Shown piece after piece: positions 54,233 to 56,203 of a DNA stretch of 56,203 nucleotides. Source of the DNA: a virus. Its lineage: Duplodnaviria; Caudoviricetes. The stretch spans positions 1 through 56,203 of the IMG/VR virus record IMGVR_UViG_3300030060_001517, one strand, 5' to 3'. The notes beneath the pieces were generated by a model. The model had not been told where the DNA came from. It ran no database searches and saw only the letters and a list, made by a program, of their open reading frames with translations. The position numbers and the translations under genes are program-made. Numbering within the stretch: the first letter of the stretch is position 1; the number at the start of each line of letters is the position of its first letter.

Positions 54233-56203
54233 TGGTTAAACCTCCTAAACATATTTGGGCAGTAGATACTGAAGGTCCCAAAACTTTAGATTATGCTTTA
54301 GCATATGCTAAATTAGGATGGTATGTCGTTCCTGTCTGGTCTGTTGATAAAAATGGAGACTGTCGATGTGGAAGACCTAACAACGAGCAAGGACATAAAC
54401 CAGGTAAGCATCCCCAGGCAAACTTAGCACCTCATGGTCACCAGGATGCTACTATCAATGAAGACATTATAAAAGAATGGTGGTCTACTGATCCTGGTGC
54501 TGGTATCGGTATTAGTTTAGCTGACTCTGGTATGATTGCATTAGATATTGATCCGCAGAATGGAGGTCAGGAGTCATTAGATAAATTAGAAGCAGAGCAT
54601 GGTGTATTACATTCAGACTGTGTAGCTAAAACTCAAGGAGGAGGTGAACACAGATTATTCAAAGCAGAACCAGGGAAGACTTACCCAGGTACTCTAGCTA
54701 AAGGATTAGATTTAAAACATCATGGATATATTTGTGTAGCTCCTACTCTTGGTCAAAGTGGAGATTATAAATGGCAAGCAGGGAGTTCTCCTCTGAGTAA
54801 ATCTAACCCAGCGCAACCTTCTAGCTTACCATCTTTGATTAGCGATAAAGCTCGTACTCCTACTGAGTATTCTTTGATAGAGCAAGGAGGAACTCCTATC
54901 GCTACTGCTCAAACATTTGATGATCTTCGCTCAGCATTGAAACATGTAGATGCTGACGATTATACTACTTGGGTAAATGTAGGAACTGCTTTAAAACCTT
55001 ACGGAGAAAATGGTTATAAAGTCTGGACTGAATGGTCTACTCGTAGTGATAAGTTTGATGCGTCTGCTCAAAGAAAAAAGTGGGAAAGAGATTTAGATCA
55101 GCCACACTCAATTACTTATCGTTCTATATTTAGGTTAGCTATTGATAACGGCTGGGTAGGAAGTAAGACGCAAGACTTTACAAGAATAGAAGAATTTTCA
55201 CCTGATGATCATCCTCTCTCTTTGAAAGAAGCGCAACCTTCTGGTGCTGATGAAGTAACGATGTTTGAATACATCTTTGATAACTTCATGTCTACTGGAG
55301 TTAATGTTGTAGCTGGTGCTCCTGGTGTCGGTAAGACAACTCTTATCATTCCTCTAGCTTTAGCTACTGCTCATCTCTGTCCTGCAGACTTTGATTTAAA
55401 ACCTAAAGTCCGGAGGAATGTTATCATAATTACTGAGTCTGTAGTCCAGGTGCAGAGAGTTATTTACTCTATGTTTAACTGGGGTTCTACTGGAATGAGA
55501 GCAGAAGACTTTAATGAAAGAGTGAGAGTTATACAGAGCCACAGACTAGACCCAAAGATAGTAGCACAAACTGCTGAAGAATATAAAGAGTGGACTGTAG
55601 ATAATATAACTGCGGAAGGAGAAAATTATAAAGCATTACCTCTTGTTGTATTTGATACAGCTAATGCTGTCTTTGATTTAGAGAATGAAAATGATAATGC
55701 TCAAGTCGGTAGGGCTATGGCTTATATCAAAGAAGCATTCCTCTTCTTCCCTGTGATTATTGTCAGCCACACTGCCAAGATGCTCGGTTCTGGTGAGTCT
55801 GATTATCTATCACCCAGAGGTGCATCAGCATGGACTGGAGATGCTCATGGAGTTTACACAGTATTCAAAGATGGCGAAGATGTTTCTAGTCCTCGTGTTC
55901 TTAAAGCTACTAAGGTTCGCTTCCCTACTGAGTATCCTGAGTTAACATTTGATGTCGTTACTAATAAAGAAACTCATAAAGATGTCCTGGGATTTGATAG
56001 CGAGGTTTGGTTCATGCATTCTATCGCCAGGGTACTGCAAGTCGGTGAACGAGCACAACTGAAAGATGATATCAAAGAACAGAAAGAAAATGAACAGTGG
56101 GACAGAATATGCGACGACCTGGTAACACTTATCCGTAACGATCCTGGGAAGAGCCGTAGTTATTATGAGAGGATGCCTATCGCTGAGGGAGGAGTTAAAG
56201 CGA
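54232..56203 (+). CDS. Prim-Pol primase + PriCT-2 + AAA helicase (runs off the end, completed by 296..453)
   Basis: Manual translation: MVKPPKHIW...ALAYAKLGWYVVP, GKHP, ALDIDP, GG.H, DADDYTTWVNVG.ALK, AGAPGVGKTT. Absent from the ORF track because there is no stop in the window. Confidence 0.92.
   Translation, partial: MVKPPKHIWAVDTEGPKTLDYALAYAKLGWYVVPVWSVDKNGDCRCGRPNNEQGHKPGKHPQANLAPHGHQDATINEDIIKEWWSTDPGAGIGISLADSGMIALDIDPQNGGQESLDKLEAEHGVLHSDCVAKTQGGGEHRLFKAEPGKTYPGTLAKGLDLKHHGYICVAPTLGQSGDYKWQAGSSPLSKSNPAQPSSLPSLISDKARTPTEYSLIEQGGTPIATAQTFDDLRSALKHVDADDYTTWVNVGTALKPYGENGYKVWTEWSTRSDKFDASAQRKKWERDLDQPHSITYRSIFRLAIDNGWVGSKTQDFTRIEEFSPDDHPLSLKEAQPSGADEVTMFEYIFDNFMSTGVNVVAGAPGVGKTTLIIPLALATAHLCPADFDLKPKVRRNVIIITESVVQVQRVIYSMFNWGSTGMRAEDFNERVRVIQSHRLDPKIVAQTAEEYKEWTVDNITAEGENYKALPLVVFDTANAVFDLENENDNAQVGRAMAYIKEAFLFFPVIIVSHTAKMLGSGESDYLSPRGASAWTGDAHGVYTVFKDGEDVSSPRVLKATKVRFPTEYPELTFDVVTNKETHKDVLGFDSEVWFMHSIARVLQVGERAQLKDDIKEQKENEQWDRICDDLVTLIRNDPGKSRSYYERMPIAEGGVKA
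55920..56203. repeat. Terminal direct repeat / circular overlap, copy 2
   Basis: Matches 12..295 with 3 substitutions (56073, 56103, 56148). Confidence 0.97.

Noticed and set aside
1-56203. tRNA genes, integrase/att sites, introns, inteins, alternative genetic code
   Set aside because: No cloverleaf or recombinase motifs were seen; terL, PolB and helicase are uninterrupted; genes tile densely under the standard code.

Overview
The window is an essentially complete, AT-rich, circularly permuted dsDNA tailed-phage genome of about 55.9 kb: 12..295 is repeated at 55920..56203, and a primase-helicase gene runs across the join. All credible genes are on the + strand. No tape measure, sheath, integrase or tRNA was seen, and there is a set of large ejection-type proteins, so it looks like a lytic podovirus. 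A Gram-negative, probably aquatic proteobacterial host is inferred from the TorF porin, lipoprotein, photolesion glycosylase and 2OG oxygenase. Gene order: terS, terL, portal, small basic head proteins, GroES, scaffold, capsid, tail/fibre genes with an embedded methyltransferase-sulfotransferase-hydroxylase-APS kinase cassette, ejection proteins, a lysis/membrane cassette (holin-like proteins plus a porin, no recognisable endolysin), early genes, a DNA-modification operon, PolB/Sak4/SSB/exonuclease/RuvC, helicase, primase-helicase. The main highlight is the tightly coupled thymidine-hypermodification locus at 38834..44946. It encodes a dUMP hydroxymethylase-type TS, a 5-hmdU DNA kinase (aGPT-Pplase1), a P-loop kinase, an amino acid:DNA transferase-like aGPT-Pplase, a PLP decarboxylase-like enzyme and, unusually, a SAM-dependent amino-methyltransferase, which suggests a methylated hypermodified base not produced by the pathways I know. 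Other notable signals are a candidate pseudoknotted RNA after the capsid gene, an A-tract-free zone and CG palindrome in terS, AACGAACGAT repeats, a TTTACT-N17-TATAGT promoter family with TAACTTATAA boxes, and a shared xxGG motif in virion proteins. All family calls come from reading motifs by eye; no database searches were run.
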